This document shows, piece by piece, positions 1 to 8,388 of a stretch of DNA of 53,531 nt. This DNA is from Flavobacteriaceae bacterium (lineage in GTDB: Bacteria; Bacteroidota; Bacteroidia; Flavobacteriales; Flavobacteriaceae). The DNA lies in contig JAQWJH010000042.1 in NCBI GenBank assembly GCA_029248455.1, positions 1 to 53,531 of the forward strand, given 5' to 3'. Made by a program: the position numbers and the translations under genes. The notes under the pieces were generated by a model. The model searched no databases. It was not told where the DNA came from and saw nothing but the letters and a program-made list of their open reading frames with translations. Position 1 is the first letter of the stretch. Each line of letters opens with the position of its first letter.

Positions 1-38
1 GCTTTTCGTTTTAAACCCTTTTTCTTATACGTTGCCAT
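1..38 (-). CDS. 5-prime fragment (12-13 codons) of a second copy of the TPR/YfgM-like membrane protein encoded at 17386..18147; runs off the window
   Basis: Reverse complement of 1..38 reads MATYKKKGLKRK, versus MATYKKKASKTKKK at 17386. It sits in the same divergent position relative to recF. Confidence 0.45.
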   Translation of the reverse strand, partial: MATYKKKGLKRK

Positions 39-149
39 AATGATTTTTAATAATGGGTAAAAATAAAATTTTATTCCAATGAATTAGAGATAAAAACTAA
101 TTATTTTACATAATTTGCATTGTTTTCTTTAATTTTTTAAAAATAACTA

Positions 150-1238
150 ATGAATTCTCTACATCTAGATAAAATAAGCGTTGTAAACTATAAGAATATT
201 ACAGCGGCTGAATATAATCTTGATAGAAAAATTAATTGTTTTGTTGGGGATAATGGAATTGGAAAAACTAACATATTAGATTCGATTTATCACCTTTGTG
301 CAGGGAAAAGCTATTTTAATTCTATTAGTTCACAAACTATTAATCACGATCAAGATTTTATGTTTATTAATGGAAGTTTTATAAAAAATGATCAAGAAGA
401 AAATTTAATTTGTAGTTTAAAAAGAGGTAAAAAGAAAACATTAAAAAGAAATGGAAAAGTTTATAAAAAACTTTCAGAACATGTAGGCTTAATTCCACTG
501 GTAATGATTTCTCCGTCTGACAGAGATTTAATTCAAGAAGGGAGTTCGTATAGAAGAAAATTTATTGATAGTATTATTTCACAAAACAACAAAGTCTATT
601 TAAATCAAATTATAAATTATCATAAAGTTTTAAATCAAAGAAATGCTTTATTAAAATATTTTAACAGAACTAATTCTTTCGATAAAGTCAATATTAATAT
701 TTACAATAATCAATTATTTGAATTAAGTATACCTATTTACGAAACAAGAAAAATATTTTTCAAAAACTTTTCTCCGGTGTTTTTTAAGCATTATAATTCA
801 ATTAGTCAAAACAAAGAAGAAATAAATATATCTTTTCGAAGTCAATTAGAATTTGAATCTTTAGAGTCATTATTAGAAAATAGTATCAAAAAAGACAGAA
901 TTCTTCAGTACACTAGTTGTGGTATTCATAAAGATGATTTAGTAATGGAGATTAATGGTTATCCAATAAAAAAATACGGCAGTCAAGGTCAACAAAAATC
1001 ATTTTTAATAGCTTTGAAATTAGCACAATTTGATTATTTAAAATCAGAATGTAATTCATCACCAATTTTATTACTTGATGATATTTTTGATAAACTTGAT
1101 AACGGAAGAGTTAAACAATTAATTCAATTAGTTAATAATAATTTATTTGGACAAATTTTTATTTCTGACACAGATTATGATAGAACAAGTAAAATTATTA
1201 GAGAAATTGATTCAACCCATAAAATATTTAAATTATGA
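150..1238 (+). CDS. recF: DNA replication/repair protein RecF (copy A)
   Basis: 362 aa. N-terminal Walker A FVGDNGIGKTNILDSI, SMC-like signature GSQGQQKSF, Walker B ILLLDDIFDKLD. Confidence 0.9.
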   Translation: MNSLHLDKISVVNYKNITAAEYNLDRKINCFVGDNGIGKTNILDSIYHLCAGKSYFNSISSQTINHDQDFMFINGSFIKNDQEENLICSLKRGKKKTLKRNGKVYKKLSEHVGLIPLVMISPSDRDLIQEGSSYRRKFIDSIISQNNKVYLNQIINYHKVLNQRNALLKYFNRTNSFDKVNINIYNNQLFELSIPIYETRKIFFKNFSPVFFKHYNSISQNKEEINISFRSQLEFESLESLLENSIKKDRILQYTSCGIHKDDLVMEINGYPIKKYGSQGQQKSFLIALKLAQFDYLKSECNSSPILLLDDIFDKLDNGRVKQLIQLVNNNLFGQIFISDTDYDRTSKIIREIDSTHKIFKL

Positions 1239-1531
1239 AAAGAAATTTTGAATCAAAAAGTATAAAAAATATTCTCGGAAAATTAATCGATAGCTCCTCA
1301 AATTTAAATTCTGGACTCAATAATATAAAAGTTCAAAAATTGTGGAAAGAAGTTATGGGTTCAAATGTTAATTCTTACACAAAAGAAGTAGTATTAAAAA
1401 ATAAAACATTGTACGTTAATCTGAGTTCATCTATCCTAAGGCAAGAACTTAGTTATGGAAAACAAAAAATAGTTGACTTGTTAAACAAAGAGCTTGGTAA
1501 AAAGATTATTCAGAAAATCGTACTAAGATAG
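1235..1531 (+). CDS. DUF721 domain protein (recF-associated, copy A)
   Basis: 98 aa. ATGA overlap with the recF stop. Position and sequence are typical of the DUF721 gene that follows recF. Paralog at 15891..16184. Confidence 0.75.
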   Translation: MKRNFESKSIKNILGKLIDSSSNLNSGLNNIKVQKLWKEVMGSNVNSYTKEVVLKNKTLYVNLSSSILRQELSYGKQKIVDLLNKELGKKIIQKIVLR

Positions 1532-1942
1532 AATCTCTTCTTTTGAGAAATGAAACGAACCTTCAATTTCAGCATTTTCATCACTATCAGATCCGTGAAC
1601 TGCATTTTCACCCATGGATGTTGCAAATAAATTTCTGATGGTTCCTTCTGCAGCTTCAGATGGATTTGTAGATCCAATTAATTTTCTAAACTAATTGACG
1701 GCGTTATCTTTTTCTAAAATTGCAGCTACAATTGCCCCCCTGCTCATAAACGAAACTAATTCACCAAAAAATGGACGTTCATTATGAACTTCGTAAAATT
1801 TTTCTGCCTTTTCTTTACTTAACTTAGTTAATTTCATTGCAATGATTTTAAAGCCAGCACCATTAATTTTCTCTAAAATTGCACCTAAATGGCCATTCTC
1901 AACAGCATCGGGCTTAATCATTGTAAAAGTTCTATTACTCAT
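1523..1942 (-). pseudogene. ndk: Nucleoside diphosphate kinase (copy A) interrupted by an in-frame TAG at codon 84 (1691..1693)
   Basis: 83-aa [21 protein letters not shown]... stops at TAG. The same frame continues [10 protein letters not shown]...[10 protein letters not shown]...EEILS for 55 more codons. Total of 139 codons is collinear with the intact copy at 15480..15899. Confidence 0.85.
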
Positions 1943-1959
1943 TTTTTTATAATTTTCTG

Positions 1960-1967
1960 CAAACCTA
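1960..1967 (-). promoter_or_regulatory. Bacteroidetes-type -7 promoter box TAGGTTTG upstream of ndk copy A
   Basis: Perfect TAnnTTTG, 17 nt before the ATG. The identical octamer is conserved upstream of ndk copy B. Confidence 0.4.
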
Positions 1968-2016
1968 AGAAAAAAATGAATTTAATTGTAATGAACATAA
2001 TTTGTATTTTTATAAA

Positions 2017-2781
2017 GTGATAAATGTAACTATTATTGGTACTGGAAATTTAGCATTCCACCTTAGTGAAGCCTTTTCAAAAAATCAAAAGATTAATTTG
2101 GTTGAGATATGTGGAAGAAAAAAGAACTTATCCTCTGAATTTAATAAATTAATCAATTACTCTAACAGTATTTTTAAACTAAAAAAATCAGATTTTTACA
2201 TAATTTGTGTTTCAGATGAACAAATTGAAACTATTTCAAAAAATTTAAATGTCGACGACAGTAGTACAGTCTTGCATTGTTCTGGATCTACACATATAAA
2301 TGAATTATCAAATCATTATTCATATGGTGTATTTTATCCTTTACAGACCTTTAGCATAAAAAAAAGTATAAATTTTAGTAATATTCCTATCATTATTGAA
2401 GGAAATTCTAATAAGAGTTTAAATAAAATAAAAGATTTAGCATTAATGCTTTCTAAAAAAGTATTTGAGACTACTAGTAAACAAAGAATAGCGATTCATG
2501 TTTCTGCTGTATTTACAAACAATTTCACTAATTACATGAGAATTGTTGCAGATGAAATTTTAAAATCAAATGAAATTGATACTAAAATTTTAAATCCTTT
2601 AGCTTTTGAAACATCAGATAAATTAAAATACTTATCATCAAAAGATGCTCAAACTGGACCTGCATTAAGAAATGATTTAAAAACAATAAAAAAACACTTA
2701 AATTTATTGAAAGGAACAGATTATGAAAAAGTTTACAAAATTATTTCAACTGAAATTACAAAACTAAACAATGAACTATAA
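2017..2781 (+). CDS. Rossmann-like + DUF2520 domain protein (copy A); GTG start at 2017 or TTG at 2002
   Basis: N-terminal IIGTGNLAFHL dinucleotide-binding motif and C-terminal HVSAVFTNNF...TGPALRND block. Paralog at 14647..15408 starts at the equivalent position with ATG. Confidence 0.7.
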   Translation: MINVTIIGTGNLAFHLSEAFSKNQKINLVEICGRKKNLSSEFNKLINYSNSIFKLKKSDFYIICVSDEQIETISKNLNVDDSSTVLHCSGSTHINELSNHYSYGVFYPLQTFSIKKSINFSNIPIIIEGNSNKSLNKIKDLALMLSKKVFETTSKQRIAIHVSAVFTNNFTNYMRIVADEILKSNEIDTKILNPLAFETSDKLKYLSSKDAQTGPALRNDLKTIKKHLNLLKGTDYEKVYKIISTEITKLNNEL

Positions 2782-3292
2782 AGAAAAACTTAATAAAATT
2801 GAAACATTCGTTTTTGACATTGACGGTGTATTTACAGACGGAAAAATTGTAGTAGATAGCCAAGGAAAAGAATCTAGATCATTTAATACAAAAGATGGAA
2901 TTGCTATAAAGATTGCAAACGATTTAGGATATAATATAGCTATAATTACAGGTGCTAATAATGATGGCATAAAAGCTAGATTGAACAGACTAGGTATTAA
3001 AAATGTTTTTCTAAACTCAAATGACAAAGTAAAAGACATCTTAAATTACTCAAAAACCAATAATATTAATCTTGGAAAAACTGTTTATATGGGAGATGAT
3101 CTTCCTGACATATTCCCAATGAAATTAGTTTATTTAAAAACATGTCCATATGATGCTGCCCCCGAGGTTAGAGAAATATCTGACTATATTTCCCATAAAA
3201 AAGGTGGAGAAGGATGTGTAAGAGATATTATTGAACAAACACTTAAAGTTCAAAGAAATTGGAATTTTAGCAAAAAAAATCAAAACATTTAA
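2771..3292 (+). CDS. kdsC: KDO 8-phosphate phosphatase, HAD-IIIA family (copy A)
   Basis: 173 aa. HAD motifs FVFDIDGVFTDG, ITG, GDDLPD. Confidence 0.8.
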   Translation: MNYKEKLNKIETFVFDIDGVFTDGKIVVDSQGKESRSFNTKDGIAIKIANDLGYNIAIITGANNDGIKARLNRLGIKNVFLNSNDKVKDILNYSKTNNINLGKTVYMGDDLPDIFPMKLVYLKTCPYDAAPEVREISDYISHKKGGEGCVRDIIEQTLKVQRNWNFSKKNQNI

Positions 3293-3295
3293 TAG

Positions 3296-3883
3296 ATGTT
3301 TTTTGAAAATTTAAAAAACTATAACGTTTTATTAGCTTCAAATTCGAAAAGGAGACACGAACTTCTTAACCAACTTGGTGTTCAATTTAAAATCATTAAT
3401 CAAGAAGTAAATGAGTCTTTTTCAAATGATTTAAAAAGTAGTATGATTACAGATTATTTGGCAAAAAAAAAATCATCAAAATTAGTTAAAAGCTTAAAAA
3501 AAAATGATTTACTAATAACATCAGACACTATAGTTTGGCACAAAAATATTGCTCTTGGTAAACCCAAAAACAGAACTGAAGCATTTAAAATGATCAAATC
3601 ATTAGAAAATTCTTCTCACGAAGTAATTACTTCTTTATGCATATCAACTGTAAATTTTCAAGTAATTGTTAATGAAAAAACTTTAGTATTTTTCGATAGT
3701 ATTGATGATAATGACTTGTTATATTACACAAAAACATCTGATGTTTTAGATCGTGCAGGTAGCTATGGAATACAAGACTATATTGGACATGTTGGTATAA
3801 CAAAAATTGAAGGCTCTTACAATAATGTATTAGGATTTCCAACAAATCTATTTGTAAAGACAATTAAATCTATGAATCTATGA
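3296..3883 (+). CDS. maf: Maf-like nucleoside triphosphate pyrophosphatase (copy A)
   Basis: 195 aa. LASNSKRRHELL, ITSDTIV and RAGSYGIQD motifs typical of Maf/YhdE. Confidence 0.85.
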   Translation: MFFENLKNYNVLLASNSKRRHELLNQLGVQFKIINQEVNESFSNDLKSSMITDYLAKKKSSKLVKSLKKNDLLITSDTIVWHKNIALGKPKNRTEAFKMIKSLENSSHEVITSLCISTVNFQVIVNEKTLVFFDSIDDNDLLYYTKTSDVLDRAGSYGIQDYIGHVGITKIEGSYNNVLGFPTNLFVKTIKSMNL

Positions 3884-3972
3884 AATGGTTAAAACCTTAC
3901 TCTCTAATTTTAATAATAAATTTTTTGTACATAATTTATTTTACAATTTTAACTAACAAATATTTTTTATAG

Positions 3973-5637
3973 ATGTCTAATTTAGATTGGTTAGTTCTTG
4001 TTTGTACAATATCTTTTATAGTTATTTATGGCATATACAAAACTAGAAAGTTCAATACAATTAATGATCACTTAAAAGGTGGTAAATCAGCTAACTGGCT
4101 AACTATTGGTCTTTCCGTTATGGCCACTCAAGCAAGCGCGATAACATTCCTGTCGACTCCAGGTCAAGCTTATGATCAAGGTATGGGGTTTGTACAATTT
4201 TACTTTGGACTTCCTTTGGCTATAATTGTAATTTGCATGGTATTTATTCCTATTTACCACAAACTAAATGTATATACAGCATACGAATACTTAGAAAAAA
4301 GATTTGATAAAAAAACTAGAACACTAGCTGCAATTTTATTTTTAGTTCAAAGAGGTTTAGCAGCTGGAATTACAATTTTTGCTCCAGCTATTATTTTATC
4401 CACTATACTAGGATGGAACTTAAAACTTTTAATACTTACCATTGGATTATTAGTCATAATATACACTGTCAGTGGGGGAACTAAAGCAGTAAGCATTACT
4501 CAAAAACAACAAATGTTTGTAATAATGAGTGGAATGATTATAACTTTTTTTATAATACTTAATTCTCTTCCACCAGATATTAATTTTAGTAATGCTCTTA
4601 GTATGGCTGGAATTGGAGGAAAGATGGAAATTATAAATTTTTCTTTTGATATAGAAAAAAAATATACATTTTGGAGTGGCATTACAGGCGGATTCTTTTT
4701 AGCACTTTCTTACTTTGGAACTGATCAAAGCCAAGTTCAAAGGTATTTGTCTGGTAAGTCAGTTAAAGAAAGTCAATTAGGCTTAATGTTTAATGCTGTT
4801 CTAAAAATACCAATGCAATTTTTTATTCTAATTACCGGGGTAATGGTATTCGTTTTTTTTGAATTCAATGACACGCCCATAAACTTTAATCCACAAGTAA
4901 CTAATTATTTAGAACAGGTTCAAAATCAAGATTATCTTAACGAAAAAGAAAACTTCATTTTTATCAGAGACAAAAAAAGAAGTTTACAGGAAAAATATAT
5001 TAAAAAAATTAAAACGGGAGTTACCAAAAATTTAGAAAAAGAAATAATACAACTTCACAGTAAAGAAAAAGAGATTAGACAAAACGTTAGAGAAATAACT
5101 AATAAAATTGCACCATCATCAATTGAGACAAATGATTTAGATTATATTTTCATTTTTTTTATTATTAACTATCTTCCAAAAGGATTAATAGGCTTGTTAC
5201 TTGCTGTAATTCTAAGTGCAGCAATGTCCTCAACTGCTTCTGAACTTAATGCATTATCTACAACAACTGTAATTGATTTATATAAGAGAAATCAAAAAGA
5301 AATAAAATCTGACAATCATTATTTAAAAGCTTCCAAATGGTTTACTGTCATGTGGGGAATAATCGCAATTATTTTCGCAAGTTTTGGATCGCTATTTGAA
5401 AATTTAATAGAACTTGTAAACATAATTGGGTCTATTTTTTATGGAACTATCTTAGGTATTTTTATAGTTGCTTTCTTTCTTAAAAATGTAAAAGGAAATC
5501 ATGTATTTTATGCAGCGTGCATTTCTCAAATAGCAATATTTTTTATTTACGGATTTATAGGAATAGGTTACTTGTGGTTAAATTTTATTGGAGCTGTTTT
5601 AACGATAACAATTTCAAGCTTAATCAGCAAAAAATAA
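3973..5637 (+). CDS. Sodium:solute symporter family transporter (copy A)
   Basis: 554 aa, many hydrophobic helices, SSS-type N-terminal region (GGKSANWLTIGLSVMATQASAITFLSTPG). Long Lys/Glu-rich hydrophilic insert in the middle. Confidence 0.85.
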   Translation: MSNLDWLVLVCTISFIVIYGIYKTRKFNTINDHLKGGKSANWLTIGLSVMATQASAITFLSTPGQAYDQGMGFVQFYFGLPLAIIVICMVFIPIYHKLNVYTAYEYLEKRFDKKTRTLAAILFLVQRGLAAGITIFAPAIILSTILGWNLKLLILTIGLLVIIYTVSGGTKAVSITQKQQMFVIMSGMIITFFIILNSLPPDINFSNALSMAGIGGKMEIINFSFDIEKKYTFWSGITGGFFLALSYFGTDQSQVQRYLSGKSVKESQLGLMFNAVLKIPMQFFILITGVMVFVFFEFNDTPINFNPQVTNYLEQVQNQDYLNEKENFIFIRDKKRSLQEKYIKKIKTGVTKNLEKEIIQLHSKEKEIRQNVREITNKIAPSSIETNDLDYIFIFFIINYLPKGLIGLLLAVILSAAMSSTASELNALSTTTVIDLYKRNQKEIKSDNHYLKASKWFTVMWGIIAIIFASFGSLFENLIELVNIIGSIFYGTILGIFIVAFFLKNVKGNHVFYAACISQIAIFFIYGFIGIGYLWLNFIGAVLTITISSLISKK

Positions 5638-5713
5638 TTAATAACTAGAAATATAATTTTTATTCATAATCATAATTTGGAATGATCTTTGTTTATATTA
5701 ATAAAAATTAAAC

Positions 5714-6175
5714 TTGAAAATATTTCAAATTAAAACAAAACAAAAACTACCAATTTCAGCCTCTGAAGCTTGGAAGTTTTTGAGCAATCCCAAAAACCTT
5801 GCAGAAATAACTCCGAAATACATGAATTTCAAAATTCTTAGTGGAGCTGATAGATCAATTTTTGCCGGACAAATAATTCAATACAAAGTCACTCCTATTT
5901 TAGGAATAACCTTAAAATGGGTAACAGAAATAACCCATGTAAAAGAGAATGAATATTTTGTAGATGAACAAAGATTTGGCCCCTACTCCTTGTGGCACCA
6001 TAAACACTTTATAAAAGAAATTGATGGTGGCATAGAAATGGAAGATATTGTAGATTATAAAATACCTTTTGGAATTTTAGGGCAAATTGCTCATCCTTTA
6101 TTTATAAAAAATAAGCTCAGAGATATTTTTAAATTCAGAGAAAAAAAACTAGTAAAACTTTTTGGTAAATTATAA
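5714..6175 (+). CDS. SRPBCC (START/polyketide-cyclase-like) family protein (copy A), TTG start
   Basis: 153 aa. The FVDEQRFGPYSLWHHKHFI block is typical of the COG4276-type SRPBCC proteins found next to photolyase genes. The TTG start is conserved in copy B. Confidence 0.65.
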   Translation: MKIFQIKTKQKLPISASEAWKFLSNPKNLAEITPKYMNFKILSGADRSIFAGQIIQYKVTPILGITLKWVTEITHVKENEYFVDEQRFGPYSLWHHKHFIKEIDGGIEMEDIVDYKIPFGILGQIAHPLFIKNKLRDIFKFREKKLVKLFGKL

Positions 6176-6179
6176 AATT

Positions 6180-6878
6180 ATGAAAAAAAATATTTTGTTC
6201 ATTGGAGGTTCATCCGGAATTGGATATGAAACTATTAAACAAATACATACTCAACATAACATTTATGTTGCTAGCAGAACTAATAATAATTTTAAAGATT
6301 TAAAAGTAAATCACATTAAATATGATGTTTTGTGCGATGAATTAAATTCTGAATCAATTCCTGAAGAGTTACATGGTTTTGTATACTGTCCTGGCAGTAT
6401 TAACTTAAGACCTTTTAGAAGCTTAAAACTTAGCACATTTGAGGAAGATTTGAATATAAATTTTTTATCAATGGTAAAATCTCTTCAAAAAGTTATAAAT
6501 AATCTAAAAAAATCTGGAAATTCCAGTGTTGTTTTATTCAGTACAGTTGCTGTAAAAGTTGGAATGCCGTTTCATACTAGCGTTTCAGCATCTAAAGGTG
6601 CAATTGAAGGTTTTGCCAGGTCATTAGCAGCTGAATATGCTCCAGGTTTAAGAGTTAATGTCATTGCACCGTCTCTAACAGATACTCCAATGGCTGAAAG
6701 ATTTTTAAACAATGATTTAAAAAAAGAAAAAGTTGGAGAAAAGCATCCACTAAAGAGGCACGGAAACCCTAATGATATAGCTAACACTGTTGTACATTTA
6801 TTAAGTGACAACAGCTCATGGATTACTGGACAAATATTTGGAATAGATGGTGGAATGTCATCAATTAATCTCTCATAA
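6180..6878 (+). CDS. Short-chain dehydrogenase/reductase (copy A)
   Basis: MKKNILFIGGSSGIG Rossmann motif, SASKGA catalytic region (YxxxK position is S-A-S-K here), PGLRVNVIAP. I chose the start at the MKKN aligned with copy B. Confidence 0.85.
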   Translation: MKKNILFIGGSSGIGYETIKQIHTQHNIYVASRTNNNFKDLKVNHIKYDVLCDELNSESIPEELHGFVYCPGSINLRPFRSLKLSTFEEDLNINFLSMVKSLQKVINNLKKSGNSSVVLFSTVAVKVGMPFHTSVSASKGAIEGFARSLAAEYAPGLRVNVIAPSLTDTPMAERFLNNDLKKEKVGEKHPLKRHGNPNDIANTVVHLLSDNSSWITGQIFGIDGGMSSINLS

Positions 6879-8177
6879 TTGAAAAAAGAAATTTCAATTT
6901 TTTGGTTTAGAAGAGATCTAAGAATAGATGACAATAAAGGTTTATACTATGCCTTAAAAGATAATGACTCAGTGCTTCCAATTTTTATATATGATAAAAA
7001 CATATTAGATAAATTAAAAAAAATTGATCATAGAATTGATTATATAAATTATTCGATTTCAGAAATAAATAATTCACTTTCAAAAAAGAATAAGTCAATT
7101 TCTAGTTTTTATGGATATCCAAAGGAAGTTTTTTCTAAACTAATAAATAAGTTTGATGTAAAAAAAGTATATGTTAACAGGGATTACACACCCTACTCAA
7201 TCAAAAGAGATCTTGTTATCCAAAAATTGCTGGAAAATAATAAAATACAATTTTGCGATTTCAAAGATCATGTTTTGTTCGAAAAAAATGAGATTGTAAA
7301 AGATGATGGAACACCTTATAAAGTATACACTCCTTTTTCAAAAAAATGGATTAATAAAATGAATGAACAAGGTGTTGCTAGTTATCCATCAGAAAATTTA
7401 ATTGATAAATTACTAATTAATAATAATGAATTTGAAACAAAATCTATTGGATTCACAAAATCTGAGATTAAGTATTTAAAAAGTGACACATCTAATGAAA
7501 TAATTAAAAATTACGAATCAAAAAGAAATTTCCCAAGTTTTAACGGAACATCAAAAGCAGGTGTGCAATTAAGATTTGGAACTATTAGTACAAGAAAATT
7601 AATAACGAAAGCGTGTAAATCAAACAACAATACGTTTTTAAAAGAATTGATTTGGAGAGAGTTTTTTCAACAAATTCTTTATCATTTCCCAAAAACAGTT
7701 ACAGAAAGTTTTAAACCAAAATATGAAAGAATAGAATGGTTAAATAATGAAAATGATTTCAAAAAATGGTGTAAAGGTAAAACTGGATACCCCTTAGTTG
7801 ATGCTGGTATGAGAGAATTAAATAAAACTGGATTCATGCACAACAGAGTTAGAATGGTTGTAGGTAGCTTTTTATGTAAACATTTACTTATTGATTGGAG
7901 ATGGGGAGAAGCATATTTTAGAGAAAAATTATTTGATTATGAGACTGCTAGTAATGTTGGTAATTGGCAATGGGTTGCAGGATGTGGTGTAGATGCAGCA
8001 CCATACTTTAGAATATTTAATCCGCACGAGCAACTAAAAAAATTTGACAAACACTTTGAATACGTAAAAAAATGGGTTCCTGAATTTGAAAGCAATAAAT
8101 ATATAAATCAAATAGTAGATCATAAAAAAGCCAGAGAAAGATGTCTATCAACTTATAAAAAAGCTTTAAACAATTGA
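6879..8177 (+). CDS. Deoxyribodipyrimidine photolyase / cryptochrome-DASH family flavoprotein (copy A), TTG start
   Basis: 432 aa. FWFRRDLRIDDN N-terminal motif. FAD-binding region TGYPLVDAGMRELNKTGFMHNRVRM...WQWVAGCGVDAAPYFRIFNP. Confidence 0.85.
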   Translation: MKKEISIFWFRRDLRIDDNKGLYYALKDNDSVLPIFIYDKNILDKLKKIDHRIDYINYSISEINNSLSKKNKSISSFYGYPKEVFSKLINKFDVKKVYVNRDYTPYSIKRDLVIQKLLENNKIQFCDFKDHVLFEKNEIVKDDGTPYKVYTPFSKKWINKMNEQGVASYPSENLIDKLLINNNEFETKSIGFTKSEIKYLKSDTSNEIIKNYESKRNFPSFNGTSKAGVQLRFGTISTRKLITKACKSNNNTFLKELIWREFFQQILYHFPKTVTESFKPKYERIEWLNNENDFKKWCKGKTGYPLVDAGMRELNKTGFMHNRVRMVVGSFLCKHLLIDWRWGEAYFREKLFDYETASNVGNWQWVAGCGVDAAPYFRIFNPHEQLKKFDKHFEYVKKWVPEFESNKYINQIVDHKKARERCLSTYKKALNN

Positions 8178-8388
8178 ATATAAATTTAATTTTTCAAAAT
8201 CAACTTTTCGAAAAAAGTATAGCTTTTAAGAACTCAAATATCACTTTTTTGATTGAATAATATTTTTTGTTTATGAAATTTATATTGTTTAAAAAATAAA
8301 TATTCCTCAATTAAATAGGTGTTATTTAAATTTTCAATTAATAAACTTTTTTCAAAAAGTTGATTTGGAAAAATAATATTAATATTAC

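Larger units (their letters stand above)
1..8218. repeat. Arm A of a diverged inverted (mirror) duplication; partner is 8345..17423; extends beyond the left window edge
   Basis: Same ten genes, same lengths, reverse order and opposite strand relative to arm B. Homology continues through intergenic DNA and about 40 nt past the photolyase stop codon. Confidence 0.9.

Noticed and set aside
2776-3039. Other small track ORFs overlapping real genes: 2776..3039, 3669..3863, 9056..9244, 10165..10437, 15347..15595, 15766..15969, 18342..18656, 18517..18795, 26030..26239, 27258..27551, 28911..29135, 30051..30245, 30363..30587, 31387..31578, 32910..33131, 33249..33515, 33926..34261, 40782..41024, 43786..43989, 44782..45045, 45961..46200, 47289..47507, 48297..48539, 49497..49751
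   Set aside because: All lie antisense to, or out of frame within, confidently identified genes. They have low-complexity composition typical of AT-rich shadow frames.
6572-6934. 120-aa antisense ORF inside the SDR gene, with a counterpart in the other arm (9697..9996). The same applies to antisense ORFs 4500..4682 and 12743..12928 inside the symporters.
   Set aside because: These are shadow ORFs on the opposite strand of well-supported genes. They are conserved between arms only because the sense strand is conserved. They have no start context or family resemblance.
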